Source: Phoronis australis (lineage: Eukaryota; Animalia; Phoronida). Taken from it: a DNA stretch of 64,000 nt. The translations under genes were made by a program, and so were the position numbers. The DNA lies in the NCBI GenBank assembly GCA_002633005.1, contig NMRA01000076.1, forward strand, positions 442,800 through 506,799, in the 5' to 3' direction. Below, piece after piece: positions 37,906-51,029 of this stretch (positions are counted from its first letter, which is position 1; each line of letters opens with the position of its first letter). Under the pieces are notes generated by a model. The model did no database searches and was not told the DNA's origin. It worked only from the letters and a program-made list of their open reading frames with translations.

Positions 37906-38150
37906 TGTGTTGGGTAGGTTAGAAAGTCTTATAGTGATAAAGAATATATTTAACTTTGGTCCAACATCCTCCAACAGATCGTCGATGAAGTTTGGAAATT
38001 GACACAAATCTTAGACTTAAGTTAAAAGTGAACTCTTGTCACAATCGACCGACGCATGACCAAAGTAAATTGGTCAACCAGTGAAACACTGTGGGGTGCA
38101 ATGAATCCTGTCTTGTTTTGTTTCACCAACCGCCTTTCTTTGATGCAGAG

Positions 38151-39595
38151 TGTTTGTCTGCTAGCAGTGAAAGGCATTCTGCTCGATTAGGAACGTTGAA
38201 TGCGCGATGCAGTGCGAGAATGCGGTCGAAGGATAATACTAATCCGATGGAGGATAATGTTTTATTGCAAACTCTTCTACTGATACTACTGAGTCTAATA
38301 TAATGCATGCGATCATACACTTATATAGTGACATACATGAATCATAACAGGATATACCATACAAACATGTTTACTACAATTCCTTATGACTAACTTGCGA
38401 GTGTATTACATAATACTCAATTCTCTGGACTACTCCTGTATAAATATGTCGATTTCAAGGAGACAAAAGATCAAGCGTTCTTTTTACTACTTTCTATTCC
38501 AGAGATCACTACGCTACAACTTTACAATAAACACAATAGATGTCACTCTATGTGCTACTACTCCTACATGCAGTCACATTAAACCACTCGGATATAAGAT
38601 CATACTCTTAAGGCTTTCCCTTGATCTCATATTTGTCACATTTATTATGCAATCTTTAATCAAAAACTTCATTACCAAAAACATAGTACACAAACTTCTT
38701 TAGTTTCACTTATACAACAACTTCATCAACATATCTGTCATGTTTTCTGAAGATGGAATATACAATAGGTTTACAGAACATTTCTCAACTTCTCTTATAA
38801 AATGATACTTGATATCAATATGCTTCGATCATTGATGAGTCACATTATTCTTACACAGTGCAATTGTTCCTTGATTGATACCCTACAATATTGGACAATA
38901 CACATCAATTTGTTTCTCTATGCACATTAACAATTGTTTCAAAATTATTCTTGAATAGAATTTGACATCGCCATATATTCGGCAATCCTCAAAGTTGTGC
39001 AAGCTGTTTTTACATAGTCTGCACCATCTTGTTCGCGTCCTACAATCTTGTGCCTTATGCCCTTTTCGACCACATGTCCAACATTCCATTGGTTTGTTCC
39101 GTTGCTAGGTCGCCAACCTCATCACGGTGTCTTCTGTATGTTGTCTAGCATTTTCGTTTTCTTCAAATGACTTTGATTTCACTTTGAAGTCTCCGAAAGT
39201 TATTTTTTCATTGTTCTGAGACACATAAACGATGAAGGGTTCAAATTTTTCTGGCAATCCCTTCGTGACCTTTGCGATTAACAAGCTATCGCTTATAACC
39301 TCTTTCGCTGTTCGCAGGTAAGTTGCGGCACGTTCTGCTCTGATCAGATAGTCTGTCAGAGACTCATTTGCTTGCATTTTTAGTGCCCCCAGTTCGTTGT
39401 ACAGCCCAATTATTCTTGGCTTACTGCACCCAGTATAATGGTCTTGCAAAATTTTGAGTGCTTCACGACCATTATTTTTTGCATCTCGGATTATCAAGTT
39501 CAAACTTTTGTCGTCCAAGTATTGAACTAGTTCACAGAATGCTTTTTCATTCTTAAGATCAATGGTTTCCGCGTCGGATTCAATTATAGCTGTGT
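38151..39595 (-). mobile_element. Internally deleted Copia element, array unit 4 (LTR carries a TRIM solo LTR)
   Basis: Same structure; gag ORF at 39105-39518. Confidence 0.88.
38437..38559 (-). mobile_element. Solo LTR of the Gypsy TRIM
   Basis: Single 123-bp LTR flanked by ACTCC (38432-38436, 38560-38564). Confidence 0.88.
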
Positions 39596-40099
39596 GTGTT
39601 GGGTAGGTTAGAAAGTCTTATAGTGATAAAGAATATATTTAGCTTTGCTCCAACATTCTCCAACAGATTGGCGATGAAGTTTGGAAGTTGACACAAATCT
39701 TAGACTTAAGTTAAAAGTGAACTTTTGTCACAATCAACCGACGCATGACCAAAGTAAATTGGTCAACCAGTGAAACACTGTGGGGTGCAATGAATCCTGT
39801 CTTGTTTTGTTTCACCAGCCGCCTTTCTTTGAGACTTGTTAGGATCGACGCTTTTATTGTCGTTTTTTTTTTCATTTCTTTTTTGCGTCTTTACCTCTCG
39901 GGAACTCGTGTGTGTCTTTTCATAGTCACAACATGAGACGCATTACCAACCAGGCAGCAATACCAGCTTGGCATTACTTTATTTAAAGAAGGAACACATA
40001 AACAGCACGATCACCGATCAGCTGATAGTGTTCTGCCAATATAATACGATAATGTGCAATGTCATAACTTCGCAAAGGCTTTCAGTGCGTCACCTTTGG

Positions 40100-40362
40100 G
40101 CATGCAAGCTATTCAGTCTCCTGTTCTCACTCATTGTATATTATAGGCAGCACCAGTCTCTAGCTGTCTGCATCCCACAAACGTTTTTGGCCAGTACTCC
40201 GAGATCAAGTCAAGAAGTCTTTCGTTTGTATTTGTTGTGCCACCGTGGGCACATTTTGCAAGCAAGACAACATCTAACAATGACACAAACCTGGGCTGTT
40301 TGATTAAATTTCTCAACCGTGCCGCCAGACTGGGTTGCAACATGGGCAACTGCTTATCATAA
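40100..40362 (-). mobile_element. Kolobok / 'Mutator-like' DDE transposase C-terminal fragment
   Basis: LLAKCAHGGTTNTNE...YWPKTFVGCRQLE fits the LLxKCxHGxTQNxNE...PKxxFxG motif recalled for this family; degraded. Confidence 0.65.
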
Positions 40363-43300
40363 TTTCTTGTTGAAGTTGGGTTTTGTAGATCCAGAAAAAG
40401 TTGTGAGCACAGGATATTAATGTCACCTACATTTATTTTGTCTCTGTTCTTGTGTGTATTGTGTAGTGTTCTTGTTTTTTCCAGGGTATCAATAGGTCTA
40501 AATTAGTAAAGAAAAGGGGAGGCTGCATCTTAATTCACATTGGCATTTTTGCAAGTTTCACTGATCACGACAGTTCGTTTTTTCCCCCCGCTCAAAATTA
40601 CCTCCAGATCACGGTTCATCAGTATGGAAAATGCTGTGCAAAAATGTCATTTTGTGATTCATGAAAAAACGCTTCGGCCCTTCATACAGTTTCGTACTTG
40701 TTAGCTGATAACATTTCATATGATTGACTAGTTTTGATCCTCGGTGTGAATTTTTTCTCGTGTTCATTAATCGACAGATCTGGTTTTACTTGAAGCAATT
40801 TGTTGTTCCATTTGTACTGTTAGTGACTAAATGCTTCATGAAAATGGTGAGCAGATAAGATGAGAAAGCATATTGTTTGAACTTGCTCATAGATGATTAC
40901 TTTAAAAAAATCTCTATAGGGCCATATATGTCGCTGTAATAGTCAGGATACAAGACGAAAAATTACTCACGACAAATTTTCATAAAGACATCTAGTTTTT
41001 GCGTGGCACTGTTACGATCCTTCTTAGCAGGTGGTGCCAACATTTCTCATCAGCTATTAGGAGAGTGTTATTTGAGCATGGTGAGAAAGCTAAATTGTAA
41101 CTCTCTGACATTGTTATGTTGAAACACCTTCATTTACACGTTCTCTGTCCTGTAGAATGCACCACGCTGATTATGTTGATTGAGGTGTGCCATAATGTTG
41201 AACCCTGTAACAGTTGCCAGGGCACCTTTTTGCCATAACAAGACCAGTCTTGTGGGGGAAAGTGTGATACATTCCTTGAAGAAATCACTGGGATCAGTGT
41301 TGACAGGCATTCAAGCAGATTTTGATTAGTGTCTCCATCTTCTGTTATTTAGTGTTACTCACTGGAGAGATGTTTGGAGGTTTGTTGCCTTGTTAGACAG
41401 TTGCCTAGTAACTGTTACCACAAAACTGCCCTTAAATTTGGCACCCTCTGCTCAAAATGATCAGTAATTTTACCTGTTTTTGTCCTGTATCCTGACCATG
41501 AAAATGGCCTGTAATGTTTTTTACTAAAACTTGTTTCTTTATATGGCACTTTATATTGGTGACTTTAGGTAAATTCAGTGAATTAAGTACGCACATGATG
41601 TTACTTTTGCTCTTTGTTGCATTGTCTTGTTTAGTATGTCTTCATGTTATGTAATATTATTAATAAATATCACCTATTCAATTTTGTGTGATACTATTTA
41701 TTATTGTATGGTCACGTGACACGGTTATTGCACAGGAATTGGCGAAAAATGTGGGTTAAAACTTAAATACGTGGTATAAACGTGTTAGATTACACTCATT
41801 TTGTAACTCTCCATATTCGTATTAAAAAAGCGAACGCGAATCAACATGAACCAAAAAGATGATTTTGCTTGGGGCTTTAATTTTTAATAAAAGCTGCAAG
41901 GTTGGGTTAGAAACGGTTTTATCTGTATGAATGAATTCTTTTATGAATGCTTGCACCTCCAATTCTGTCAATTGTTTGCGTTGTTTTAACAAGGCTAGCT
42001 AGTTTTTTTTTTTTTTTTGTTTGGGTGCAATTCTGCCTTGCTGTCTTCCAAATTAGTTTTACGTTTGCTAGAATATGCAAATGGAATCTACTTTTCGGAA
42101 TGCATGCTTTAAAATTATCACGCTTACTTTTAACTATTGTGTTTCTGAAGAAGAAAACTCGTGAATATTGAAAATCCAAATTAGATGTGGAGTTGCCCAA
42201 GAGCTGCCAAAAAGAATGTCTGGTAGACGACAACAAGAATTATTGATTTGTAATAAACTCCTAAGGGCATAGTATTGTTTCATAGCTAATGGAATTTCAA
42301 AAAGTCACCCTATCCAACAATAACCCTGGAAAATCCTATTTCGGCTGTAACATTGATAATATTTTTTTAGAATATTGTTTTCTCACCCTTATTCTTGAGA
42401 TGTGCAGGTCTATCGGCATCGTCCCTAAGTCCCTATTTATTTTCATTGAAAGAAGGGGCTCAGTTTATTTTTACAACATCTTATTAGGAGGAGCTGGTAA
42501 TAAAGATATATGACAGAAAAATATATCTGTGAGTAAAGAATGACACAATTATGCAAGATTTTGGGACCTTAGTTGAGTACCTATTTGGGACTGCTTTGCG
42601 CAACTGGGTACTGCATTTTGAGAACCATTTTAAGAAACTTAGCACAATCGTGGACATTGTTTATTTATATATACATTCCAACGTTTCAATGAAAATCACT
42701 TCACCATTCTCAAGGAAAATATCCAACCACCACTAGCATGGTCACAAGTAGCACAAACACCCAAATTTAACTTGTAAAGCAGTCAAAGATATCTTTGAAG
42801 GATGAGCTCAACCAATCCGAGGTTGCCACTCGTTAATAGACTGAGAATCAGTTTGATAATTGTGTTTTCCAGACTTTTTAATTGTTGTCATAATTTAAAA
42901 TTTTGTAATAATTGTTTATTGTTAATTTTTTTCTGAACTTTAATTTCCTTCCAATCATTTTGTAATTCTCAGAAATAGTTGACACTAATTGAACTGCCAC
43001 ATTTGCAATTCAGATTTACAACCAAAAATGTTAAGTCCATTAGTGAAATGGGCTTTAATTCAGCTAAACAAAAATATTCTTCAACAGTGAGGTCATTTTT
43101 AATCTTACATCAATTTTCAACTAGACATTTATTTATTTGAGTGTTCGCCTTATGAATGTCTTCAAGTGGACTTATTCACCTCGGAGACAGGGTATCAACC
43201 TCTGTCAACCCCTACAAGATACTGAATGTGAATTGCTCCTTTAATCCTGCTGTTTGCACAAAGTATTTTCCCTGAAGAATGTCTACCTGACTCAAGGTCC

Positions 43301-46300
43301 CAGTATAATCATTCGAGGTCAGCCCTATCATTTGCAACAAGGTAAGATATGAGCTCCTGTGTAATGTGACTGTTCTTATGTTAAGACATTTGGCAGTGAT
43401 AAACCCACCTTCAATCGCTAAAACAACTTTTCACATGGACCATTCACTATAGACCATTTACCATTATAAAATTGTGTCTCAATTGTTCCATAGACAAAAT
43501 AGGATTCCTTGGCCTGTGACCAGACGTATCATTCACGGTCTGGAACAGTACGGAACTGCCAGTTCTTTGCAAGCAGTAGGGAACAAGCAGAAAACAATTT
43601 TCTATGGGTAAGTCAGGTCTCCATATTAAGTGTTAGCTTCACCAGGGAAATGGTAACATTCATTGGCAAATGTCTCCAAGATAAACAGGTATTATTTCAG
43701 GTAAAGGCAACACCAAAAATGGTTCTTGTTAATGTTGTTCTTTTAAGTCCTACTCTGAAGTGCTATTTACATTTTAGAAAAATTGATTTTCAGTCATGGG
43801 GGGCTCCAGGATCTATTTTTGTTGTGGATACATGTGATCTCATATGAACCAGTCATTTTCATAATGGCCTGTTGCTGTTATACAGTAAGCTGGTAAGCAG
43901 GTACTTGAGTTGTCAAATTAAGTTGGTTGTGGGTACCCTGTTACTGTTATAGTGTGCTGATACTTATGCATTATAATAAGTTGTTTGTATTATTGCATTC
44001 AAGGTATTGTTTAGAAAAGTGGTATGTCTGTTCACAGTTCTATTTGGTGCTGCTTAGAAATACAAGCTTTCCTGCAAATATCTTTATTGAAACTGACAAA
44101 AATTAAATATTTCTTCAATCAAAAGACCATTTTATACCCAAATCTACTGTACCGCTTTGGTCGAGATGTTCTTAAGGCCAGTAAGTCGATTGTTGACGGT
44201 TATCATTTCTAGTGGACGAAATTCCAGAAGCACTGCATTTTCTGAAGGGTCAAGATTTGCCACCAAAGCAATATACACATGAGCTCTGTTATTGATTTTC
44301 ACAACTTTTCTTATGAAATTTACTGTTAGTGAGTGCAGTTCATTAAGTTTTATTGCAATGATCTTTAATGTAATTTTAAACATCCAATGAATGAAATCTC
44401 TCACAAATTAATTGCGTCAAGCCTAAATTGAAAACTTCAAACTCAGTGGTTCAAGTTATTACGAGTGAACTGATGGTTTCATCACTATGTACAATAATGA
44501 ATGTTTACTTTTTCCTCCCAAAATGTCAACCAAGTTATGGTTTTCAAAGGTGACAAGCGAGGCTTTAAAGCGTGTCAAATTCCACATTTTAGACTGGTTC
44601 TATAGAACAGTATGAACAAGCAAGAAAGGCATAATCTGAGAAATTACGGTATCTGACATAATTACGTCATGAATCATCTTAGTAGTTTCTGTTTCGACCA
44701 CTTCAACTTCCCTGACGCTCAATCTCTATATGTGGTATGCCCCCTTATGGTTATCACAATGTATATATTTGTGTATTGATTTATCTATAGTTGATGATTT
44801 ACCTATTCAACACCTGATAAGACAGTTCAATAAACTGTGATACAAGATATGCGCCCACTTGTTGTTACTGTATTAGGAGCCATTGTGGATTGATTAGTCT
44901 GGGGGCTTTGCTTTTTGTTTTGTGGAGTCCTGTTGAATGCTGTGTAACAAGTCTGCTCCAGTCCCTACTCTTTGTTGAGTGAAATGTGGACATGTAGTAT
45001 GCAGGTAAGATGACTATTTAACATGCCTTGATGATATATGTTGCTACAGAACTGTTTATGTTGTGATAGATTGCTCTACTATGCTGCAGGCACTAGTTGT
45101 ATGGAATATGGCATATCTGTGATAAACAGACATTTTCTTCTTGCTATCTATAATGTCATTGACACACCCATTCAACCACACACCTTGAACATTTTCCTAC
45201 CTTGGCTGAAAATGAATTGCATCCTCGAACAGGTATTCATTATGTAATCATGTCAAGTTTCAACAGGATTGGTCAACTGTGCTAGGTGTAGACTTTTGAT
45301 CGGCCAAGGTTTTTAGTAGAAGATGGTTTTCCCTTTAAAGGATGACAAAAGTTGAATTGAGCAGTGATTTTTTAATGTAAGGAATCCAACAGATGGGAAA
45401 ATGAAACCGGATGCTCATATTGCTCAAATAATAAATGTTGGAAAAAAATATTAAATAATCTTAACTAATATTAACTAGTCACCAACCATTGTTGGCAAAC
45501 ACAGTGACCCCTGCCGATACTCCCATTGTAGGGAAGCACCAATGCTTTGCTGTTAAATTCACTTCTTTACTCATAGTTAACTCAAGCTGATAACTTGTTT
45601 CAAGACCTAAAAGTTAAATGTTCCCATTGTCTGAAGCTTCGGTAACATCAAGGCTTTAAAGCCAGTGTGAAAGGCATTTAAGAAGTACTGTTTTCCTGAA
45701 GTATTATGCAGTCAAGGTTTGCAGAATGTGTCTTTTATTACACAATTCTTAATTAACTTTGTTTGCATTGAACTATTCTTGAAACCTCCCTCAAAGCTGG
45801 TGTCTACCAAGTGCTGTGTTCAATTAGAAAATGTTATCATACGCCTTATAAGTTAATGTCAACATGTTTAATTGGGAGTACAATTTGAGTTGACTGAGTT
45901 TGTCCCACTCTTGTAGGTTTAAGCTGCATTGAAGATTAGTCAGAATTGTGGAATGACCACTGATCTTCCACCAGAGGCTGGGGTAAGTGAATTGGAACAC
46001 TGCGATGGCATGCGTTTTTCAGATACTTTTGCCTACTGGTGCTGAAGCGCAATGCTGCGAATGTTTGTGGAACCTTACTCCATTCAATCAAGACTTTTTG
46101 TGAAGAATTATTCCATAAAATCAAGACTTTGTTTTTTTTTTGGAATTCTATACTAACTTGTTTGGTAATGCACTACTATTTGCCGATCTGTATTTGTGTT
46201 ACTTACTGTTAGAGTGGAATCAGGACTCGGGAACTGGAGTCTATATCTAATCTTTGTGCTTGAAATCGAACACCAAACTATTTTTGACATTTGCTTTATA

Positions 46301-47471
46301 CTTGATCATGAAGATAAATATCTCTTTTTTCTGTGCTCAAGTATAGTAGGACTTACACTGATTAGCGTAGAATCCAAGTTTGCACATGATGACCTCTAAG
46401 TTTGAGCTACAAACTCAAATAAAAACTCGGAGAATTCAAGTAAGACTGACGGAACTTGCAATATTAATGCTAGGGTCATCAAGTGCGAGCTAGTATGAGA
46501 CAGTCATTGAAGTAAACCATAGAGAACTGAAGCATATAATGATAGACACATCTTGCGTCTGCACAAAAGTAGTCCAGAAAATGTCAAATGTGATTTTGAG
46601 TTCGATTTACAGTGCTACGATTAGACCCAAGTCCAGGTCAGTTTGTTCGAGTCTAGGATAATCCATTTCTACCACTGTATTTTGCATTTCTGGTGGTTAT
46701 TCAGGATTATAATTCTGACATACTCTGCGTAATTGGTTATCAACTTTTGTCTTTTCTCACTTCATTTGCAACAATACACTGTTGTGTTTTGTCAACCTTT
46801 CATAATTCGACCTTGCACTTATGGTAGTCTAGTGTACATAATTCAAGTATCATGAATGTCAAGGTGAAATATTTGGAAAGAGAAATTCACCCATGTTATT
46901 TCATGATGCATATCAGTTTGAAAATTGTTTAGAACCAAATGTCATCTAATCAGGCGGAGCGCTGGTCTTGTTATAAGAAGCTGTTATCAATATGAATGAC
47001 GTTATTGTATTTAATGAAGCATGTATAATAACTCTTCCTGATGATACAAATTACCTTAAACATTTAAATGATGGATACGCTTTTGTGAAAAGTTGTGGAA
47101 TTCATTTATTCATTGTGTTTTTAATTTCCATCTGGTAGTTATTACATACAAAGTTTAGCATCTCTAATTCATAATGATCTATGAAAAGTTTGTTCATCAG
47201 TATCTCTTACGTTTGATTGTTGACGCAAGAATTGATCTGACCGAATTATGGAAAACAAACTGCCTGGAATGAGCTCATGAAATATTCAATATGACAATAG
47301 CACTTAGCAAGCTGACTAAGCTGCTGTATTGTTGTGTCGATCATTTTCAAGTTTAAGCGTACTGCTTAATTACTAATTAATTAATCACCCTTGTAACATG
47401 GAAATGAGTCAGTGTGCATTGATACATGCGTACATCAGGAAACTGTTATTATAAACTGTGGTCAATTTCAG

Positions 47472-47564
47472 GTGACCAGAGATATGAACTCGTGGACAGC
47501 TGTGAAGCACACTGCCAGTGCATGATTGAATGTTTGGGAAAATGTGATAACAGTATGCATGCAG
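47472..47564 (+). CDS. Candidate upstream exon of the unnamed gene (coding or 5'UTR)
   Basis: TTTCAG/GTAAAT boundaries; open frame DQRYELVDSCEAHCQCMIECLGKCDNSMHA, phase-compatible with 53468. Confidence 0.45.
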
Positions 47565-49782
47565 GTAAATTACTTCTTCATGAGGAATTTCTGTTCAAAT
47601 AGTTCTCACCTGCAGTATGTTTGGCATTTCATTGTTATGTACGTCACATTAGTTGAAGTTATATTGAGCGTTAATTTGGTGGTTAAAAATGACCAACTTC
47701 AAAGTAAGATGAAATAACAACGAAGCAGTTTACAGTATGCCAAAAATGACACGTCTATCCTCCATTCCAACCTTGGTCACGGTATTTCCATACAAAAATG
47801 ACCCGAGCAAATATAAATGAAACCATTTGAGACTTCCCATTATGTGAAAGAGAACATCCAAAAGTATTAACCATATTACATAAACAGTGCTCAACTTACT
47901 TTTAAATGCAGTGTGTTTTATTTTGGTATGACGTATTCTTTGGAAATTTTTCAGGAATCTTATATCGACTATCAACTAGATAGCTTTTGCAGTGTGATTG
48001 CTGTGTCAATAGTTTTTTTATATTTTGTTGGAAACAACTTGCGCTTTCAATGGATACTGAAATTTTCTTAAAGCTTTTAATCTTTTGTCAAGTAATGGCT
48101 CACTTTTGCCAGTTAATATTCACAGGTTGTTAGGTTGTTACTTTGATGAGTCATCATCAAGACCCCCATCTTCTAACAATATTCATATCATGCTGTGTTT
48201 GAGGTCACAGCCTTGCAGGTGGTAGCTAATTGGTTGGTAACTTTCTCAAATGTGGATTATTTGGTTTCTTATCCACTGTATTTTGGATTGGTCTTACAAG
48301 AAATGAAATGGGAAATGACAAATTGAGAGAAGGTAGGCTAGTTTTAGATAAACTTTTTTCACTCTTGTACTTTAGTTGAGGAGCACCGGTTCCTAAAATT
48401 CTCTCAAGTCCTGTGAATACAATAAATAGGAAAAGTCGTGTCTGTTGAACCAACCCAGGGTCTTGTAATTCTTGAAGCTTGGATTTTGGATTTCTCAGTC
48501 TTTTTGTGAAGTATTTATGATGCACTATATTGTGTTAGGTTTTTAATTGACAAATCTTTATTGTTTGACATCAAGACCTGCACAGAAACCACTAGTATAA
48601 TTAAGATACACCAGAGGACAGGCAATTGCAACATCCGTATTTTTCTTCAGTTGCAGACGAGGCCCTTTGTTCTAACTGTGTGCGGAACATTAGCATGATA
48701 CTTGGTCTCTCGCTAATTAACATAACATAAGACTGATGGCATATTATTTGTTACATATATAACAGAGTTGCAGTGGAGTATTAGAATCATTTTGACTGAG
48801 GTGAGACACCTGTTTATCGATTATTATGGTTCTTCTTGACATGTTTGTACTTCTGAAAGCATCCCTTGAGTTGTTTCATTCATTTAAGAAGTGCAGCAAT
48901 GTTTATACATGCTTCTAGTGAGTGAAACTTATTTATACAAAAAGTCGTGGAGCACTAAATCTTAAGTACAAGACTGTAGGATCATAGCTAAGACAGTCAT
49001 GAGCAATACTATGTGTATGAGAGGGAAATATTGCAAGTAACGTTAAGTTGACAATTTTTCGTATTCGAACTTAACAACCACCTTTAGGAGCTACGTAAAT
49101 GAAAATTCGGCAAATGCACAATTTGTAGCTCTGGACGTACCCCGTAAATTCGAGCCCCGCATTTTTTTAGGTTGGGTTCATGTATAGATTTTAGTCCACT
49201 TTTTTCATGCAAGAATAATTGCAAAGTTGCCATTTTTCCATTTTTCAAAGGCCACAAAATATGGAAAATTTACCAAAATGACATCTACACAGTACAAACC
49301 ATGCTAGTGGAAGACTGAAATTTTCTTAATCTTACCGGTTATTTTTGTGGAAAAAGTTCACGAAACAGAATTTTGATTCTCAGCCATATTGTATGCTAAA
49401 TAAATTAAAAATCACAGTGCCTGCATGACATGAGCCTGTTGTAAGTTAAATTGGACAGTACATGTATTCCATATGTTGCGTTACCTTTAAAGACATTATC
49501 AATATTCACTGTGGTATGCATGTCTAATTGATATTGATATTTTCTGTTGTCTGTCTGAACAATTTAGTGTAAGATCATTGGCTGGCGCCATTTTTCAGGA
49601 ACAAAGTGTGCTTTGTTCTCAATTCAAAATTCATAATGGTAACTTAGACATTAAAAACACCATTTTCGGAATTTAGCCTATTTAGTAATACTAAAGAGCA
49701 AAATTGTTCTTAGTCGTTTTAATTGCTTTTCCTATTTGGGATAAGATGTGTGACCACATTTTTAACATCTCTGTTGTGAACT

Positions 49783-49894
49783 CGGTAATGGTCGGATATA
49801 ACGTGCCCGAATTTTGAGAACCAGTTTTCTCCACTGAATAACAGGCATCAAACTGGTTCTCAAAACATCGAAATGTTATATCCTACTATTACCT
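49783..49894. mobile_element. 112-bp palindromic MITE (core family), duplicate at 51340-51451
   Basis: GGTAATGGTCGGATATAAC / GTTATATCCTACTATTACC arms; perfect TGATCT TSD around the 51340 copy. Confidence 0.75.
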
Positions 49895-50402
49895 TGATCT
49901 CTGTGTAAGAATGCTCCTAACAATGAAATATCGTTTCAGGATTCTTTTTTGTTAGGTCCTTAAAAACTACTAGATGTGATTGACAGTACTTTAATGGTAA
50001 CACTATCTTTCAATGACAGTGGAAGGAATATATAGAATTGCAGTCTGATCTCTTTATTGTTAACAAGATCTAGGTTATGATTAGAGATCACATTACTGGC
50101 ATTTGTAATTATTTGGTGTTATTTAAAGCTCAATATTAGGTCACGGCACTGTCTTCGTCAATTTTGTTATTTTGCGAACTTCTATTTTTGAGGAAAATTG
50201 CTTTTTTGCACTTTGGGAGACAAATTTTGTAAAAAGGGAATCAAATGTCACACCAAATGTGCATTATTTAAGTAAAATTTAAGGTCTTTAAAAAAACATG
50301 TTCAATGTTATGTCGGAAAACCTGTATTTTGTCGGGATAGGAATTTTTAGCCATTTTAATATGGCAAGTGTTGCTGATTGTACATGACAGTTTTGGGTTG
50401 TA

Positions 50403-50542
50403 TATACCTTATTCACGCAGCTGCCATTTTAGTAGCGAGTGAAAAAAATCATGCTTTGCGCTGTGATTAAGCACATAATGCATTGTTTTTGAAATCTAAA
50501 AAGAGGCTTACTTTAAAATGGCGACTACATGAATAAGGTGTA
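50403..50542. mobile_element. Small MITE (TACCTTATTCA..GCCATTTT / AAAATGGC..TGAATAAGGTG) inside a copy-specific ~490-bp segment
   Basis: ~28-bp imperfect TIRs visible. Confidence 0.6.
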
Positions 50543-51029
50543 TTAACTCAGCTTCAGTGAAATTATGTTAAAACATTGTTCAATGCTGTCTTTCTGGATA
50601 AGGATTTTCTTCACTTTTTTGTGACAAGTTTTGCTGATTTTACATGACTTAGCTTTGAGTTGTGTGAATTTTAGTGAAACCATCCCCTGTGAGGTTCTCG
50701 GCTGTGCTGGATTTGGCTTCTCAGGGTCCTAAATCTATGAAAAGTGAGAGGCCCTAGTAATATGAGCTGCTGAAGATAGGGTATCCCAAATTTTTTGATA
50801 TTTCAGGTTTCTATTATGCATGACTTGTGACGTAAAGAAGTGCGTCACATTATTTTTCTGAGACAAAAACAAACAAATATTTTTTCTCTGTGTTTCTAGT
50901 TCATATTGCTTCTGTGTTTCTACTAAGCAGAAAGNNNNNNNNNNNNNNNNNNNNNNNNNNNNNNNNNNNNNNNNNNNNNNNNNNNNNNNNNNNNNNNNNN
51001 NNNNNNNNNNNNNNNNNNNNNNNNNNNNN

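Larger units (their letters stand above)
32268..39832. repeat. Tandem array of ~1.46-1.65 kb composite retroelement units
   Basis: LTR ends recur at 35131, 36693 and 38151; the same ~250-bp spacer follows each gag remnant. Confidence 0.9.

Noticed and set aside
35071-38320. Recurrent ORFs MGCNESCLVL... and MYDRMHCIRL... as a tandem gene family
   Set aside because: They overlap the Copia LTR/spacer and recur only because the DNA unit is repeated.
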